The notes beneath the pieces were generated by a model. It was not told the origin of the DNA. It worked only from the letters and a program-made list of their open reading frames with translations, and ran no database searches. DNA of 39,876 nucleotides from Catajapyx aquilonaris (Eukaryota): positions 1 to 39,876 of the forward strand of contig JYFJ02003585.1 in the NCBI GenBank assembly GCA_000934665.2, in the 5' to 3' direction. Numbering within the stretch: position 1 is the first letter of the stretch; each line of letters opens with the position of its first letter. Of the stretch, positions 1 to 11,965 are shown in pieces. Made by a program: the position numbers and the translations under genes.

Positions 1-143
1 TCGCAGTGCCACCTGGCGGATTTTCAACTTTTTTGGGGGGCGAGCTTTCCATTGGAGGCATAGGCCGGTTGGCATACTAGGTCTTGTAGGTACTATACCA
101 CGGTTCAGCCACTACTCTTGACTGTTGGTACCACTGCCTGCAC

Positions 144-157
144 GTTACTCAGGAAAC
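144..157 (+). promoter_or_regulatory. Candidate RFX X-box
   Basis: GTTACT-CA-GGAAAC fits RYYNYY-N(1-3)-RRNRAC and ends about 40 nt upstream of the ATG of a putative ciliary gene. Confidence 0.45.
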
Positions 158-197
158 CATTTTCAATAGTCTTTGAATTGAATTCACTTTACTAGTC

Positions 198-372
198 ATG
201 GACGAAGAGAGCTCTCTTGAGAAGTTTTTACTAGAATGGTTTGGCCGAGGCAAGGAAAAGAAAAAACAGGAAACTAAGGTAGGATGGGAACATTGGCAAA
301 AATCCCGCAACGCTCTGCGCGAAGCACAAAAGGAAGCTTACATTCCGGATGTCCGAGGAGTCTTAAAATACG
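198..372 (+). CDS. PIFO: Pitchfork-like (PIFO/CIMAP3-like) gene, probable coding exon 1
   Basis: ATG at 198 opens MDEESSLEKF...RGVLKY, followed by a G|GTAATT donor at 372/373 (phase 1). This matches the phase of the acceptor at 3861/3862 (G+AG = Glu). The link to exon 2 is inferred from phase only. Confidence 0.6.
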
Positions 373-960
373 GTAATTTACTTTTTATTCACGTTATTTT
401 TCTGATAGCCTACTTTATTGAAAACTGACGGTACCCTGGCTGACATAGGCAGGGGACAGGTAGTAGCTAGCTATACTGATGCCATTGAAAATTTGAAATA
501 CATTGGTCTGAATCGTCTGAATTGTCTGATCCAAACCTTATTTTTATTAGTGATTACACAAGCCATGTAGGGTAAGTTGGGGGTAAGTGCGGAAATGGGG
601 CAAATGCGGTTTTGCTTCTAATATTATATAGTAGCCTACAAGGTGGCAGGAGCTATCGAAAATCGCGTAAAAGTTCATGACTGAAATTATTTCAGCCTCG
701 CCTCGGCGAAGATTTCGCTCCTCAAACCGCTCACATGTAAATGCACCTTTAGTGATGGTCACCAATGGATATTCCGCGACTATAGCGACAGGCTAATTAT
801 TTCGAACACTGGTGTGAAAACACTTCCCCATAATGCATTTTAATCAGATAATGCCAGTACTGTTAATCAACCTGTTGCGGAGCTGCGAATAAAAGTTTGT
901 CCGGTAAGAACTTCTCAGAATTTTTTATTCGAGAAAAGCAGACTGAAAGAGGAAGTTTGT

Positions 961-1425
961 AGGCGTATTCGGCAATTCAGGAATCTGACTTCCTGGGCTG
1001 TTTGGATGTTCGGCAAATCAGGTGCCACGCCCCCTGAAGTAAGTGCGCATGCGCCCTACCTGACTTCCCAAGCTCAGGAACTTAGTGTACTCCTGACCTG
1101 ACTTACTTGCTGAGAAACAATTAACAAACAAATTATTGTTATGGATGCAGCAGTGTTGCCAATGCAAAATGCCCCAAAACCCCGCGAGAGGACCTGAAAA
1201 TACCCGATTTTACCCGCATTTTCATTTTACCCGCACCATTACCCGCCAGCGTCCGAAACACGGCACCGAAATACCCGAACATTGGCATATCACTGGGATG
1301 CAGCACAGGCGGGTAGGGGGGGTCTCTCAGTTCGGCCGTTCGGCAATAATCTTCTGAGGGGCAGGGCTAACAACTCAGATATCACGTGACGCATCTCAGA
1401 ATAATCTGAATTGCAGAATACGCCT
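961..1425. mobile_element. MITE with ~20-bp TIRs and 3-bp TSD (PIF/Harbinger-like)
   Basis: AGGCGTATTCGGCAATTCAG at 961 pairs with CTGAATTGCAGAATACGCCT ending at 1425; TGT flanks both sides. Confidence 0.7.
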
Positions 1426-1487
1426 TGTGTCTTTGCGACCCTAGTTGCCTAGTAGCCTACTATATGTAACCCGAGCAATGTTTATTA

Positions 1488-1637
1488 AGGCCATTTCACA
1501 AAAAAAATGTCGCGCGGCAAACGGCGCGACTTGCGGCAAATTTTTATTTATATTTATTGTTGCCAATTGTTGGCAACAATAAAATTTGCCGCAAGTCGCG
1601 CCGTTTGCCGCGCGACATTTTTTTTGTGAAATGGCCT
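1488..1637. mobile_element. Palindromic PIF/Harbinger-type (Tourist-like) MITE
   Basis: 150-bp near-perfect hairpin AGGCCATTTCACA...TGTGAAATGGCCT; TTA TSD at 1485-1487 and 1638-1640. Confidence 0.85.
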
Positions 1638-2110
1638 TTACTCTGAGAGAATTCCACACTCGCACTTACCCGATATCGCGGGGCAAGTGTGGCACTGTGC
1701 AGTGTGCACCAAGTGAATTTTTTAATTATTTTTCGGAGAACCCACATCGAAAGCCAATAAGGTAAGGTATTGTCATTTACTTTTTTTCACTTGCTAATTA
1801 CTGAGGAAGTATAGTGTAGCATTCCTTTAAACTGCACCTAATCAAAATCCATCAGCACTTACCTCAACTTACCCTACCACTCTTGCTTGTTGCGGCAGCA
1901 GGGTAGGCAACTGGTATGTCTAATTTGTTTATGATGATTGTGACCAAAAAATGTATAACAACTGGATCAGTCCCTATTACTTCGTCATAATAATTATTAT
2001 GTATAATAATGCTATCAATATCCGTAATAATGTTATTGAAGGAAGGACACGTTCCAGGATAGGATTAAGCACAGACTGCAATAGTTTGCAGTGCACCTAT
2101 AGGTTCCATT

Positions 2111-2904
2111 CAGCGCCGGATTTACCCCCCCCCCCTCCCCCTGGCCGCCCTTAGGCACTTGAGATACCCCCCCCCCCCATTTTTTATTGTGTTCTCGCCT
2201 TCATTTAATGCAGCGTTTCTCAAACTTTGCCACATCGGGCTCCCCTAGAGTGTAGTGTAATTTCAGATTTCGCCTCCCCCCCTCCCCAACCGAATAAGCC
2301 CGCCGTAGGCGAAATTTTTCCCCAAGGTCACACAATCTTAGGTGAATGGAATAACTGACATAGTAGGCTACAGTGGAATCCTCCTATATACTGTAAGCAC
2401 ATCGGATATAAGCAAGTAGAAAGATCGGTCCCTTCATTTTCTAGCAGTGCCAATGTCCAAGCACAGTTGAATCCGGATATAACAGACTTGTCTGCTATTA
2501 TATGACTGTACAAATCCTTATTCAGAACTGCACATTTGGCTTTTAGAACTGCACGAATTGTGTAGAACTGTACGCTACATTAAGCCCTGAGAAGTAGTTC
2601 TTACCTAATCAGTGCGCGGACTTTTTTTTTCTATTTCGAGTTACATAATTTTTGGATTCGCGCCCGACAGTTTGAGAACCGCTGATTTAATGTTATTTTA
2701 TTTAAAAATATTATATTAAAAGTTATGGCCGCCCTTCGGGAATTACCTTTTCTGCATGTAGTGTCTAATCAATCTCTCAACAATTTGCTTTTCTTTGTGA
2801 TCTCGCCATCATTTCCTATTATTGTATTTGAGAAATATTATTTATTGCAACTCGCGGCGCCCCTAGGCCAGTACCTATTGCGCCTAATGGGAAATCCGCC
2901 GCTG
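2111..2904. mobile_element. Older hAT-like MITE hosting a nested insertion
   Basis: CAGCGCCGGATTT pairs with AAATCCGCCGCTG (1 mismatch); the 8-bp flanks are only partly similar (GTTCCATT / GTTGTATA). Confidence 0.6.
2211..2684. mobile_element. hAT (Charlie-like) MITE
   Basis: CAGCGTTTCTCAAAC pairs with GTTTGAGAACCGCTG; perfect 8-bp TSD ATTTAATG at 2203-2210 and 2685-2692. Confidence 0.9.
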
Positions 2905-3803
2905 GTTGTATAGGAATGAGCAACTGTCACACAAGAGGTGTATTCAAACTTGTGCGAATGGACAGTTTAGGAAGAGGTGTAGCTTAGTCTTTGGACATTT
3001 TACTTGAATAGTGACAGTTGTATCTACTGCAGAGGCAGAAGACAACCCAAACCAGATATGAACTACCACCATTTTGACCACTATTGTATCCCCGGAAAGA
3101 AGTCAAAATCGGAAAAATCAACTAGGGCAATTTTTAGTCTCAGAAATCTAGAAGAAGCCTAATATTTCGAGAGGAAGGACGCGCCATTGACACCGCTCAT
3201 TAGTGCATTCCTTGTATACAGTGCACTGCTGAAGTAATAAACTAACCACAATGACATATCTCACTTCTTCACAGCCATACGATGCTGCAGCCAGTATACT
3301 GTATAAAGCTTCGGCCACGTAATTGTATTTCCCTAGAATTACACAGGTATCCAGAACTTTGTGCATCTGCCATTATTACCAGTTATTACTTATACGCTGC
3401 TGGGCGAAAATTTTTCGGGGGGCTTTGCTTCGCAACTTTGGGTTTTATTACATCTTCCAGATGCAAAAAATAATAATCCATGATCCTCCGGTATTATCTG
3501 GAGAAACTTGCATTAAATACAACAAAATAATATTGTCAATTTAACTGTGGGTTAACCTTAGAAACAAATCTTCACTACTGCATAACTCTTGAGCCTAACA
3601 ATTATTGCTCAGAATATCACCCACAAAAGTCATAGGGTAACACGTAATTATCGCTCAAAAAGATGGAAATAATTTTGCATTTGGTTTCAATGCAAAATCG
3701 TCTTCATTTTTTGGGACATCAATCACGATGTCCCCATATAGCATGCAGGGTGTCAATGATGATTAAGACACAGTTCTAGCATGAACTGCTGGGATCCATA
3801 GGG

Positions 3804-3836
3804 TCTCTCTCTCTCTCTCTCTCCCTCTCTCTCTCT
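3804..3836. repeat. (CT)n microsatellite next to the exon 2 acceptor
   Basis: TCTCTC run directly visible. Confidence 0.9.
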
Positions 3837-3861
3837 TTTACATATTGGCGTCTTTTTCCAG

Positions 3862-4222
3862 AGCTATTAAGTGGCAATCTGGCGTTCGGAACCACTCAGA
3901 CCCGTAGAGGAACACCAATGACAAACAGAGAGGCTTACCTTCAAATAACAGGATGTACTCCACCACAAGTAGGTCCCCCCTCGTACAATGTGGACAAAAC
4001 ATCTATCGCCTATCGTATGGATACGAAGATCACTAGCAAAAAAGGAGGACTCCTCGAAACTGACGTGATTCCCAGAAAAAATGTCACTGTGTACGAGCAC
4101 ATTGTGGAAAACCCGTCGTCTTGGAACTACTACCTGAAAGATAATAAAAGGCACACACCATCTACCCATTTTTCGACGGTTCCCAGGAAATTTCATGCCG
4201 ACATCATATTGGATTCCCCACC
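3862..4222 (+). CDS. PIFO: Pitchfork-like gene, exon 2
   Basis: TCTTTTTCCAG acceptor and CC|GTAAGT donor (phase 2). Encodes LLSGNLAFGTTQTRRG...VGPPSYNVDKTSIAYRMDTKITSKKG..., which resembles, from memory, the pitchfork FGTxQxR and GPxxY...AYxxxKxxTSxKG motifs. Confidence 0.8.
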
Positions 4223-4630
4223 GTAAGTGCACGTACGGAAAAAGTGGAGTCGTTGTGGATGGTTGTGGTTTAATTTGTAATCTCTATACTACTGTATCGA
4301 CAGCACAACTGCTACATGGTGTCTTCTGTCAAACCACACGCATATTTTTAGTTATTGAATTGAAAAATAGTTTGCCGTCCATGCGATGTAAGTTATGTAC
4401 CAAATGTGTCTAGATAAGAAGACAAAATCTCTTGGGAAACAAACAGACCAGTATATTGTTATCAAATAATGACGCATTTTTGAGAATAATGATCACTGCT
4501 GGGAATTGTGAAGGGTGTTCGTATTTTTCACCATCATGTTTTCTATCTAGGTAAAATTGGGGGAGTCTATTTTTAAATTACATGTGACTAGTGACTACTA
4601 AGCCCTAACAAGCATTATATTGACTCTTAG

Positions 4631-4979
4631 CCCCGGATACTACAAGCCTGAGAAAGTGGAAATCAGGAAGGCAACCATTAGTGTTCCAGATATTGATAGG
4701 CCTTATAGGCGTCGCGTGAATCCCGGCACAACCGTCAGGTGTGTGGCGCCAGATGTGCTTGCCCTCCAGAAATGCATCGTTTGCAAAAAAGCACCGACAA
4801 ACTCGTACTACGCTGCCGCCAAGCCCAATCCCATTTACAGAACCGAAGAGCAATTTGAAAAGTTGCTGCGTATAGAGCTCACTTTGCCTTACGAGAGAGT
4901 GATGTGCAGCAAATGCTACAATCAAATAGTCAAGCTAAAGTGCCAATATGATGTTGGAACATATTTAGAGCCGTTTAAG
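4631..4979 (+). CDS. PIFO: Pitchfork-like gene, exon 3 (PPGYY motif, two CxxC pairs)
   Basis: CTCTTAG acceptor at 4630; the phase-2 join gives DSPPPGYYKPEK (SHIPPO/STPGR-type PGxY motif). Contains CIVC and CSKC. Ends at an AAG|GTAAGA donor (phase 0). Confidence 0.8.
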
Positions 4980-5485
4980 GTAAGAAGTGATGGTGTTTGG
5001 CTGGGTGTTGTACGCAAAGTACATATCTTGTTGAATCTCTATGTAATGCTCCTGAAGGGTTTTTTTTTGTTCTGCATTACAGTACGTATATTAAGTTATA
5101 ATTCTTTATATGTGGTTGTGTTCTACCTTAGTCTCCAATTGAAGGGAAGGAATCATACTGTGTTTCAGAATTTACCTCATATTCACATTGGAAAACATCT
5201 AGGGGACATTTATATCCACTCTCTCTTGTCGCCTAGTCATCCATTGTGGCAGTGATTTATATCGTCAAAAAATCCGATCCAATAGTTTTTCTTTTCGCTA
5301 GTGTATATGATTCCCACCAAAATTGATGGTGAGTTTATAGGGTTGATATCTCTAGCAAAAACCTTGTAAATGCACAATCATGTAATGTGATTGAGGAGAA
5401 TATAATTATATTTTCGAATCCCCCATCATGAGCTATATCTATTGGTAGAAACATATTATGTCTAAAAGCTTTCTTACTGAGTTAA

Positions 5486-6872
5486 CCCTTTGCTGCCTAC
5501 GGCCATCATATGATTTCCGAGCTTGCATTGCTGGAGGGCCTACAAAAATCATATGATGTCCGGAGATTTGCCCTGCCAACTTGGGTCATTTTTCAACGCA
5601 AAAAATTTCAACCTCACCGATTTTCTTGAAATTCGGTGCATTGGTAGCCCACCCCAAGGGATGAAAAACGCACCTATAGTTACCTGATCAAAATGACCTC
5701 GTGACCCAATTTCGAGGGGGCAAAGGTCAAATCATAAAATTTCGACCTCACCGATTTTCTTGAAATTCGGTGCATTGGTAGCCCACCCCAAGGGATGAAA
5801 AACGCACCTATAGTTACCTGATCAAAATGACCTCGTGACCCAATTTTGAGGGGGCAAAGGTCAAATCATAAAATTTCGACCTCACCGATTTTCTTGAAAT
5901 TCGGTGCATTGGTAGCCCACCCCAAGGGATGAAAAACGCACCTATAGTTACCTGATCAAAATGACCTTGTGACCCAATTTTGAGGGGGGCAGAGGTCAAA
6001 TCATAAAATTTCGACCCCACCGATTTTCTTGAAATTCGGTGCATTGGTAGCCCACCCCTAAGGATGAAAAACGCACCTATAGTGACCTGATCAAAATGAC
6101 CTCGTGACCCAATTTTGAGGGGGGCAGGGGTCAAATCATAAAATTTTGACGTCGCCGATTTTCTTTAAATTCGGTGCATTGGTAGCCCACCCCAAGGGAT
6201 GAAAAACGCACCTATAGTGACCTGATAAAAGTGACCCTGTGACCCAATTTTGAGGGGGGCAGAGGTCAAATCATAAAATTCCGACCTCGCCGATTTTCTT
6301 CAAATTCGCTGCATTAGTAGCCCACACCAAGGGATGACAAACCCACCTATAGTTCCCTGCTCGACATAACCCTGTGACCCATATTGGAGGGGACATATGT
6401 CAATGCGCCGAATTTCAAGAACATTTGTGACTGGCACTTGCAAAGTCTCCCTTGTGATTCACTAAGGCGGGTAGTACGTGTACGCAAAAAATGTAAGTGT
6501 GTAACCCCCGAATTTCAAGAAAATCGGTGAGGTTGGAATTTGACCTCTGCCCTCAGAATTGGGTCACGAGGTCATTTAGATCAGGTAACTATAGGTGCGT
6601 TTTTCATTCCTTGGTGTGGGCTACCAATGCACCGAATTTCAAGAAAATAAGTGAGGTCGAAATTTTATGATTTGACCTCTGCCCCCTCAAAATTGGGTCA
6701 CGAGGTCATTTTTATCAGGTAACTATAGGTGCGTTTTTCATCCTTTGGTGTGGGCTACCAATGCACCGAATTTGAAGAAAATCCGGTGAGGTCATAAAAT
6801 TTCCGGAAAAGGGGGGAAAAAAACTCAGGCCCTGGGGTAATGCAATCCTTCAAAAACTCCGTCATCAAAGGG
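5486..6872. mobile_element. Non-autonomous piggyBac-like element carrying an internal tandem array
   Basis: TTAA|CCCTTTGCTG...CATCAAAGGG|TTAA: TTAA TSD and CCC termini; no transposase ORF. Confidence 0.8.
5602..6802. repeat. 134-135-bp tandem repeat: about 6 units forward (5602-6402) and about 2.5 units inverted (~6508-6802)
   Basis: Unit starts (AAAATTT...) at 5602, 5736, 5870, 6005, 6140 and 6275; reverse-complement copies follow 6508. Confidence 0.95.
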
Positions 6873-7908
6873 TTAAAATGGTATGAGAACGCTGGAGGTT
6901 TACTTCGCAGTCGAAAATGCGACAAGAACCCATGCATCTTGATATGCAGCACACAGAGTTGCAGGATTTTGGCTTGGGACGTAACGGGGCGAGCATCTTG
7001 AAATACACAGACGTGAATGTGAGCTCAGTTATGAAACACATGGTGTAGGCCTATAGTTCGCCCCCAACTACACTTCTGAAGAGAAGCAACAATGCTGCAA
7101 GTGCTGGCCCTGTCTCTGGATTCCAAAGTGTTTCTCTTTACATTTGAGTACAGTAAATCATTCTTAACTTCTTCCTCTATCGAGTCTATCGCTATTTTTC
7201 AGCATGTAGGCCTACTTGGGGAGTGCACCCCCACCCCCCTGCAATATTATGTAGTACATAATTATATGGTCGGACAAGAGTCTGGAAAGTGGTTTAACAA
7301 ATCATTAACACCCATATAGCTATCACAGCTGTGTTTGTTAATGAAAACGAAAACATGTAGTATCCCTTATGGGTATATGACTCAAGAATACTAAAAGTCA
7401 ACAATATAGGCCTTCGAAGAAGTTTGGGTTTAGAAAAAATTATTTTAAAAAACAAAGTTTATTCAGAGAAAGGGATATAAATGTTGTCCACATAATTTCA
7501 TTGTTGCAACATTAATTTGCTTCATTTTTAGCTATTATTTCTGCGCCCAGAAAGTAACTAGGCCTACCTTTTGTGTGTAAAAATTAGTTTCAATCATTTA
7601 CATGATGGGACATATTGTATCTTTAGCTATAGGGTGATTCATTTGCTGCCCAGCCCTATTTTTATGAAATATCCATGGCGAGTCGAAGATAGGAAAATGC
7701 AGTGAATATGATACATTCCTACTTCATGAGCATATGAAGATATGAGCCATTGGCAATATCGATGTTACTCGCAGAAAATTGATGTGTGACATGTAATATC
7801 CCAACGCTGAATAATAATACTGTAACAACAGAGATTTTTGAGGAGATCGTGAATACAGAATGGTTCTTGCTGATTTTCAGGAAGTTTGTGAATCAGTTAA
7901 CTTATCCT

Positions 7909-8024
7909 CCTGAGACCCCTGGTACAGTATACTGTACCTTTGTTTTTTCCAGCACCTTCTGACTAACTCAAACGCGTAAAAAACAAAAACAAAGGTGATT
8001 GAAAGGTGTACTAGGGGTCTCAGG
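7909..8024. mobile_element. Small MITE-like inverted repeat
   Basis: CCTGAGACCCCTGGTACA pairs with TGTACTAGGGGTCTCAGG (1 mismatch); TSD unclear. Confidence 0.55.
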
Positions 8025-9039
8025 TTATAGAATGATGTTGGAATAACTTCATATTATTTCTTCCACCAATGTGCCACATATTGCATAAAGTCAAAGGAAT
8101 AAAATTTCAAGGAGCAGTAGTTTCTGGTCATGTGCTTCAGAAAATATTTGCCTGTATATGTTGTGTCACTTAAAAATGTACAATCATCTGGAACCGCAGA
8201 GGATATGCTCAACATCTGTAATGTGGATTGCTTCTCATGATGTAGTACAGTCCCGAGCATTAGTTGGAGACGCTGCGGGCCTTCTCTGACATTCCATTAT
8301 CCGACGCAAATTAATGGACTCTTTTTTGGATCCAGTTAGCTGCTTTAGGCGTGTGTTAGTGTATTTATAACCGTATACTATAGCTTTGCGAGGCAGGGAG
8401 ACTGCATGTTTGCATGTTTGGCATAATATATTATAGCAAGCTTACATCGGACTGCAATTCCTTCTGGTGAGGTGTAGTGGGGTTATTAAATTGTCATCGG
8501 ACAAAATATTTTCGTGTGAAAATGGCTCAGAATAAAATGGTATGACACACGAAATCTGATAACAAAGTGCGAAAAACTCATCTAATGGACATGGTATTTG
8601 TCTGGATTAACTTAGTAGGTGTATGTAAAATATGTTACCTTATAGTTTTTTTGGGAGGGGGATTTTTAAATTTTTAACGTTTTCTTTATTCTTATTTTGT
8701 CATAAAATTATTATAGATACATCAAGATTGTCGACATTTTTTACCTCGAGTCAGTCAAAAAGTATCACTAAACTACAGAATAATGATTCAGTAATATGGC
8801 TTAATGTTATAATATGCGCACTTCTCTATTCATGTATAGGCTATATATTTCATGGGTTGTGAAGATAGCCCTACTTATGCAGGTATACTGAATGAACTGT
8901 TTACAAGGACAGCTATAAAAAGTGTCATCATGAATGTGGCACATGTTCACCAGTCACATAGTATAGCAGAAATTGTTCTATCAGATGAATCTACCCATTA
9001 CAATTATTTATATCAGTTAGACATAAAAATGTCAGTGTA

Positions 9040-9626
9040 CTATGGAACGCAAAAAGATCGTCCGCAAGATTCTTCGTTCATCCTGGCGGCTAGGCAATCC
9101 TTATTAAATTCCGCTTGAACCCGTCTGGATCAGGGCGCAAGCTACACAGATACAAGATAGTTTCCAGCGACATTCCCTATTAAACGGCATCCTTCACACT
9201 TGGAACACCCAGAATATGATTGGCTTTAAATATCATTTTCTTCGCTTTAGATATGTTTATGAATACTGACAGTCAGTTTGGTCTGATCCACAGGCACATT
9301 ATTATCTGCTCTGAACTTAACACGGGCATGTGATCGGAATAAATCAGTATAATCTACCAGTAGCAGCAAAATAAATAGCATTTTTATGCATCATATCATA
9401 TACTTTAATTTCTGGACACACATTGCCTTGCACTTTTGAGATAGCTAGCTTACGAAGACAGATAAGGTGGCCCGTGCTCGAGAAGGGTAGATAAGGGAGG
9501 AGGAAAAAAAAACCGCAGATAAGCACGGACGTACACACACGTGTGTGTGTACACACCTGTGCAATGGATTGCCTAGCCGTCAGGATGAACGAAGAATCTT
9601 GCGGACGATCTTTTTGCGTTCCATAG
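9040..9626. mobile_element. MITE with ~60-bp TIRs and probable TA TSD (Tc1/mariner-type)
   Basis: CTATGGAACGCAAAAAGATCGTCCGCAAGATTCTTCGTTCATCCTG... is mirrored at ~9566-9626; TA on both sides; the inferred empty site is the palindrome GTGTACAC. Confidence 0.8.
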
Positions 9627-10072
9627 TACACAATTGCCACAAGTTGGGTGGTCTTAGTTACTGGTCTAAGAGCATGAAACAGAGTTAGAGCAACAATCCT
9701 TGATAGAATATTCAAGCCAACAAAAGTGTTAGTGGGATCTGAATGAGCTGTAAGATTCAACAACAATTACCAGGTCACCAATGACAACTATTAGTACAAA
9801 AAATACTGTAATAACTGTACACTGTCTTGTACAGTAGGCCTATAGGCTGCAGTAGAACATCACTGGATACAATATATAGACGTGGGCGATGCTCCACAAA
9901 GTACACGTGAAATATTTTGACAGTTTGGTGCTCTGGTTATTTTGTCACATAGTTCTTCCATACTCTCCAACATGGTTTCATACTACTCTCTGGCGCTGCA
10001 TTTATTGTTTTATCTAGGAGTGTTGCTTTAACTGCTTAAACATAACACTGATCTGCATTTTTTGACTTTTTC

Positions 10073-11284
10073 TGTTGTTTTGAAATAAACAGGTGTATCC
10101 GAACCGATTTTCTCTGCAGATTACGAAAATGACATTGAAAATCTCCTACCACGTCAAGTTTTCGAGTTACAGGGTGGTCATAAATTCACGTGGGTATGTC
10201 CACATGTCCAGCGCGTGACGTGGATGGAGTTGACCTATAACAACGTCCTTACACCATATTGTTGTGACACTCATCCTTGTTACTACCACCAAGTTTGATT
10301 CCGATTGCATCATTCCACTCTCCACTGGGAGTTACGCACCTCAGAAGGTGTAAAAGTGTGGGTCGGAGGTGCATATCGGTGAACTTGCGGGCATCTAATA
10401 AAATCACAATTATGTAATTAATCGAGATAACATTAATTGTGATATTGTACGAAGAGTAGGTGGCGATTCTCTATCATTCGCCATCATATAATAAAATGCA
10501 CGACAATTCAAGATGGATCAGGAGCGTTTGAAAGATACCCCCACCCATGCACAAAAGTCAATTTATCGGGAAGCGGGCGCAACGTAAGCGGCGCGGCGGG
10601 CTCGGGCCGTCTTACGGCGATGGTGCGGTGGGGGTCCACATTACCCAGCTTTATTTCCCCACCCTCCTCGCGATTTGGGCGACATCTATATGCCAGAAAA
10701 AATTGTAATCGCCGGATCGTCAAAACTCAGCAAAGGTTATCTCTGTATGTGTTACCGTTTCTGAATAAAAAAATACGCGCCATGACTTTTGACTCAACCC
10801 TTGTATGCAACACTACACATTTTATACATGGGTGGGGGTTTCTTCCAAACGCTCCTGATCCATTTTGAATTGTCGGGCACTTTATTAGATGATGGCGTAT
10901 GATAGAGCATCGCCACCACAATTAATGTTATCTCGATTAATTACATACGGTAATTATGATTTTATTTGATGCACGCAAGTTCACCGATATGCACCTCCGA
11001 CCCACACTTCTACACCTTCTGAGGTGCATAACTCCCAGTGGAATGATGCAATCGGAATGAAACATGGTGGTAGTAACAAGGATGAGTGTCACAACAATGT
11101 GGTGTAAGGACGTTGCTGTAGGTCAACTCCATCCACGTCACGCGTTGGACATGTGGACATACCCACTTGAATTTATGACACACCCTGTAACTCGAAAACT
11201 TGACGTGGTAGAAGATTTTCAATGTCCTTTTCGTAATCTGCAGAGAATATCCGTTCAGATAGACATATCCATTTCAAAACAACA
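10073..11284. mobile_element. Foldback-like element with ~470-480-bp diverged inverted arms
   Basis: 10073-10557 is the reverse complement of ~10820-11284 with scattered mismatches and indels; Tc1-like TACAGGGTG/CACCCTGTA motifs lie inside the arms; no clear TSD. Confidence 0.8.
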
Positions 11285-11711
11285 AAACCTTGCGTATTAG
11301 TGATAATTACTCTAGTACATTTTACTCTTTGTCATACACTGCGAACAGTCTCATCTCAAAGGACACATGATAGCTACTACATTTTGGCACATCTGTCCCA
11401 AATTTACTCACATTTGCCAGTAAACATTTATTCAAGACATTTTTATTATACACCTTGGAAGTGTAAGGGTGCTTGAACTGAATTGTATGCACATTGTAGA
11501 AAATAACATATCAGTGCCTTTTCTGTTCAATTTACTCGTACACATTGTTCCTTCGCCGCGTTTCAGCTTACTAAATAATTGCAGTATCCTGAGGTTTGTA
11601 GAATGTAATGTAGTTTAGTCCACTTGCTATGCAGTAACTTACCTTTAAGTAATCAAAGTCAAATCTACTGAATTTGTACCATGGTCGTGATCACTTTTCT
11701 ATCACTTGCAG

Positions 11712-11858
11712 AAGGTGCGTGCATGCAGCGATTATCATGATCATGGTGTTGGAGGGATGGATGTGGGAGAAAGCAAGCTGACAACGTTTAAACTCAAAGA
11801 GAAGAATAGGATTGGAGCTTACTTAAGGCTCCATTTGGATCACCGAGCATTACCATGA
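11712..11858 (+). CDS. PIFO: Pitchfork-like gene, terminal exon 4 (missed by the ORF track)
   Basis: CACTTTTCTATCACTTGCAG acceptor, phase 0. Encodes KVRACSDYHDHGVGGMDVGESKLTTFKLKEKNRIGAYLRLHLDHRALP-TGA. AYLRLH resembles the pitchfork C-terminal AYLSLY motif. Total CDS is 1032 nt = 343 aa + stop. Confidence 0.8.
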   Translation, partial: KVRACSDYHDHGVGGMDVGESKLTTFKLKEKNRIGAYLRLHLDHRALP

Positions 11859-11965
11859 AAAGGCTCAGCTTTACATGTTCTAACAAGTTTTAAACCAAAT
11901 CTGTTATAAGGCTGTATGAAACAGTAAATTTTTTTCAGTCAACTTTATATACGGTAACTTACAGG

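Noticed and set aside
4..19. CTCF-like motif CCGCCAGGTGGCACTG (minus strand)
   Set aside because: The match is good but it is a single short motif at the window edge with no supporting context.
4980..5255. Hydrophobic tail of ORF 4620-5255 as a transmembrane region
   Set aside because: It is intron read-through past the AAG|GTAAGA donor; a better in-phase terminal exon exists at 11712.
5602..6402. Regular repeats as a possible CRISPR array
   Set aside because: These are head-to-tail 134-135-bp units with no unique spacers, in a eukaryotic context with no cas genes.
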